NCBI RefSeq assembly: GCF_028641065.1
Contig: NC_073403.1
Span: 30,876,001 to 30,940,000, forward strand
DNA from: Leucoraja erinacea
Lineage: Eukaryota
Direction of reading: 5' to 3'
DNA: 64,000 nt
Made by a program: the position numbers and the translations under genes. Below the pieces are notes generated by a model. That model did not search any database, was not told the DNA's origin, and saw only the letters and a program-made list of their open reading frames with translations. Shown here one piece after another: positions 62,650 through 64,000 of this stretch. Position 1 is the first letter of the stretch, and every line of letters begins with the position of its first letter.

Positions 62650-63500
62650 AAAGATAGGAGAAGGCCATTTGGCCCATTGAGCCAGCAACACCATTCAATA
62701 TGATCATGGCTGATCATCAAAAATCAGTACTCCGTTACTGCTTTTTCCGCATATCCCTTGATTCCTTTAGCCCTAAGTGCTAAATCTAACTCTCTCTTGA
62801 AACCATCCAGTGAATTGGCCTCCACCGCCTCCTGTGGCAGGGAATTCCACATAATTCGTATTAATTAAATATACAATATAAAGGGCAGTTTCAATTTTGA
62901 TAAATTTTGTAAATATGAATAAATTTAGAATTAAGAGCAGTGAAGAAGTTTTTCCTCATCTCAGTCCTAAATGACCTACCCATTATTCTTAAACTATGAC
63001 CCCTGGCTCTGGAATCCCCCAACATCGGGAACATTTTTCCTGCAATTAGCCTGTACAATCCTTTAAGGATTTTACATGTTTCGATAAGATGCCCAGTCAT
63101 CCTTCTAAATTCCAGTAAATATAAGCCCAGTTGACCAATTCTTTCATCATATCCCGCCATCCCGGTGAATCTACACTGCACCCCCTCAATAGCAATAATG
63201 TCCTTCCTCAAATTAGGAGACCAAAATTGCACAGAATCCTTCAGGTGCGGTCTCACCAGGGCCCTGTACAACTGCAGTAGGACCTCCTTGCTCCAAAACT
63301 CAAATCCTTTCCCAATGATGGCCTTAAGCTTTCTTCACTGCTTGCTGGACCTGCATGCTTACTGCCAGTGACTGCTGTACAAACACACCCAGGTCTGGTT
63401 GTACCTCCCCTTTTCCTAATATGACACATTCAGAAAAAAAATCTACCTTCCTGTTCTTGACACTAAAGTGGATAGTCTCACATTTATCCACATTTATCCA
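62650..63500 (-). mobile_element. CR1 LINE 3' fragment
   Basis: ORF 62891-63271 (YRALVRPHL...FWSPNLRKD). Confidence 0.8.
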
Positions 63501-64000
63501 CATTGAGGCTACTCAGCCTCAGTACCGGCTCTCCACAGGGCTGCGTACTGAGCCCCCTGCTCTACACCATCTACACACATGACTGCACCCCCGCCCACCA
63601 CAGCAACACCATTGTCAAATTTGCGGATGACACTACGGTGGTGGGACTCATCTCCGGGGGGAGACGAGTACGCCTACCGGGATGAGGTGGAGCAGCTGAC
63701 AGTGTGGTGTGAAGAAAATAACCTGCTCCTCAACACCTTAAAGACAAAGGAAGTAATACTAGACTTCAGGAAGAACAAAACGGACATGGTACCATTGACT
63801 ATCAGAGGGGACTGTGTAGAGAGGGTGGCGGATTTCCGCTTCCTGGGAATCCATATTGAGGAGGACCTGACGTGGAGCGTGAACACCACTGCGCTGCTGA
63901 AAAAGGTCCAGCAGAGACTGCACTTCCTGAGGGTGCTCAGGAAGAATAACATCACTCAGAGACTGCTGCTGTCCTTTTATCGGTGCTCCATTGATAGCAT
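63500..64000 (+). mobile_element. Rex1/Babar non-LTR retrotransposon RT fragment
   Basis: STGSPQGCVLSPLLYTIYTHDC...IVKFADDTTVVGLIS; LN..KTKE...DFRK. Confidence 0.85.

Overview
This is vertebrate genomic DNA, most likely from a cartilaginous fish (inferred from CR1 LINEs, tRNA-derived SINEs, Penelope-like repeats and the interferon gene structure). The window holds a cluster of intron-containing type I interferon genes. Three intact genes lie on the + strand (A 6443-9693, B 16205-18734, C 24033-28349), one divergent intact gene lies on the - strand (D 51982-48748), and a truncated promoter/exon-1 relic sits at about 21425-21929. All four genes have 4 coding exons, 3 phase-0 GT-AG introns, a signal peptide, four conserved cysteines and the CAWE motif. 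The ORF track shows them only as fragments, so the models were spliced by hand. The promoters carry NF-kB and IRF/ISRE motifs. A, C and the relic share a composite that reads like an inverted IFN-beta PRDI-PRDII module. The rest of the window is mostly mobile DNA: a full-length Gypsy LTR element (tRNA-Leu primer site, 5-bp TSD), CR1 and Rex1 fragments, a hAT element, Harbinger elements, SINEs and many Penelope-like element (PLE) copies. The PLE 3' repeat carries a minimal hammerhead-ribozyme motif, and some copies sit inside IFN transcripts. There are four assembly gaps.
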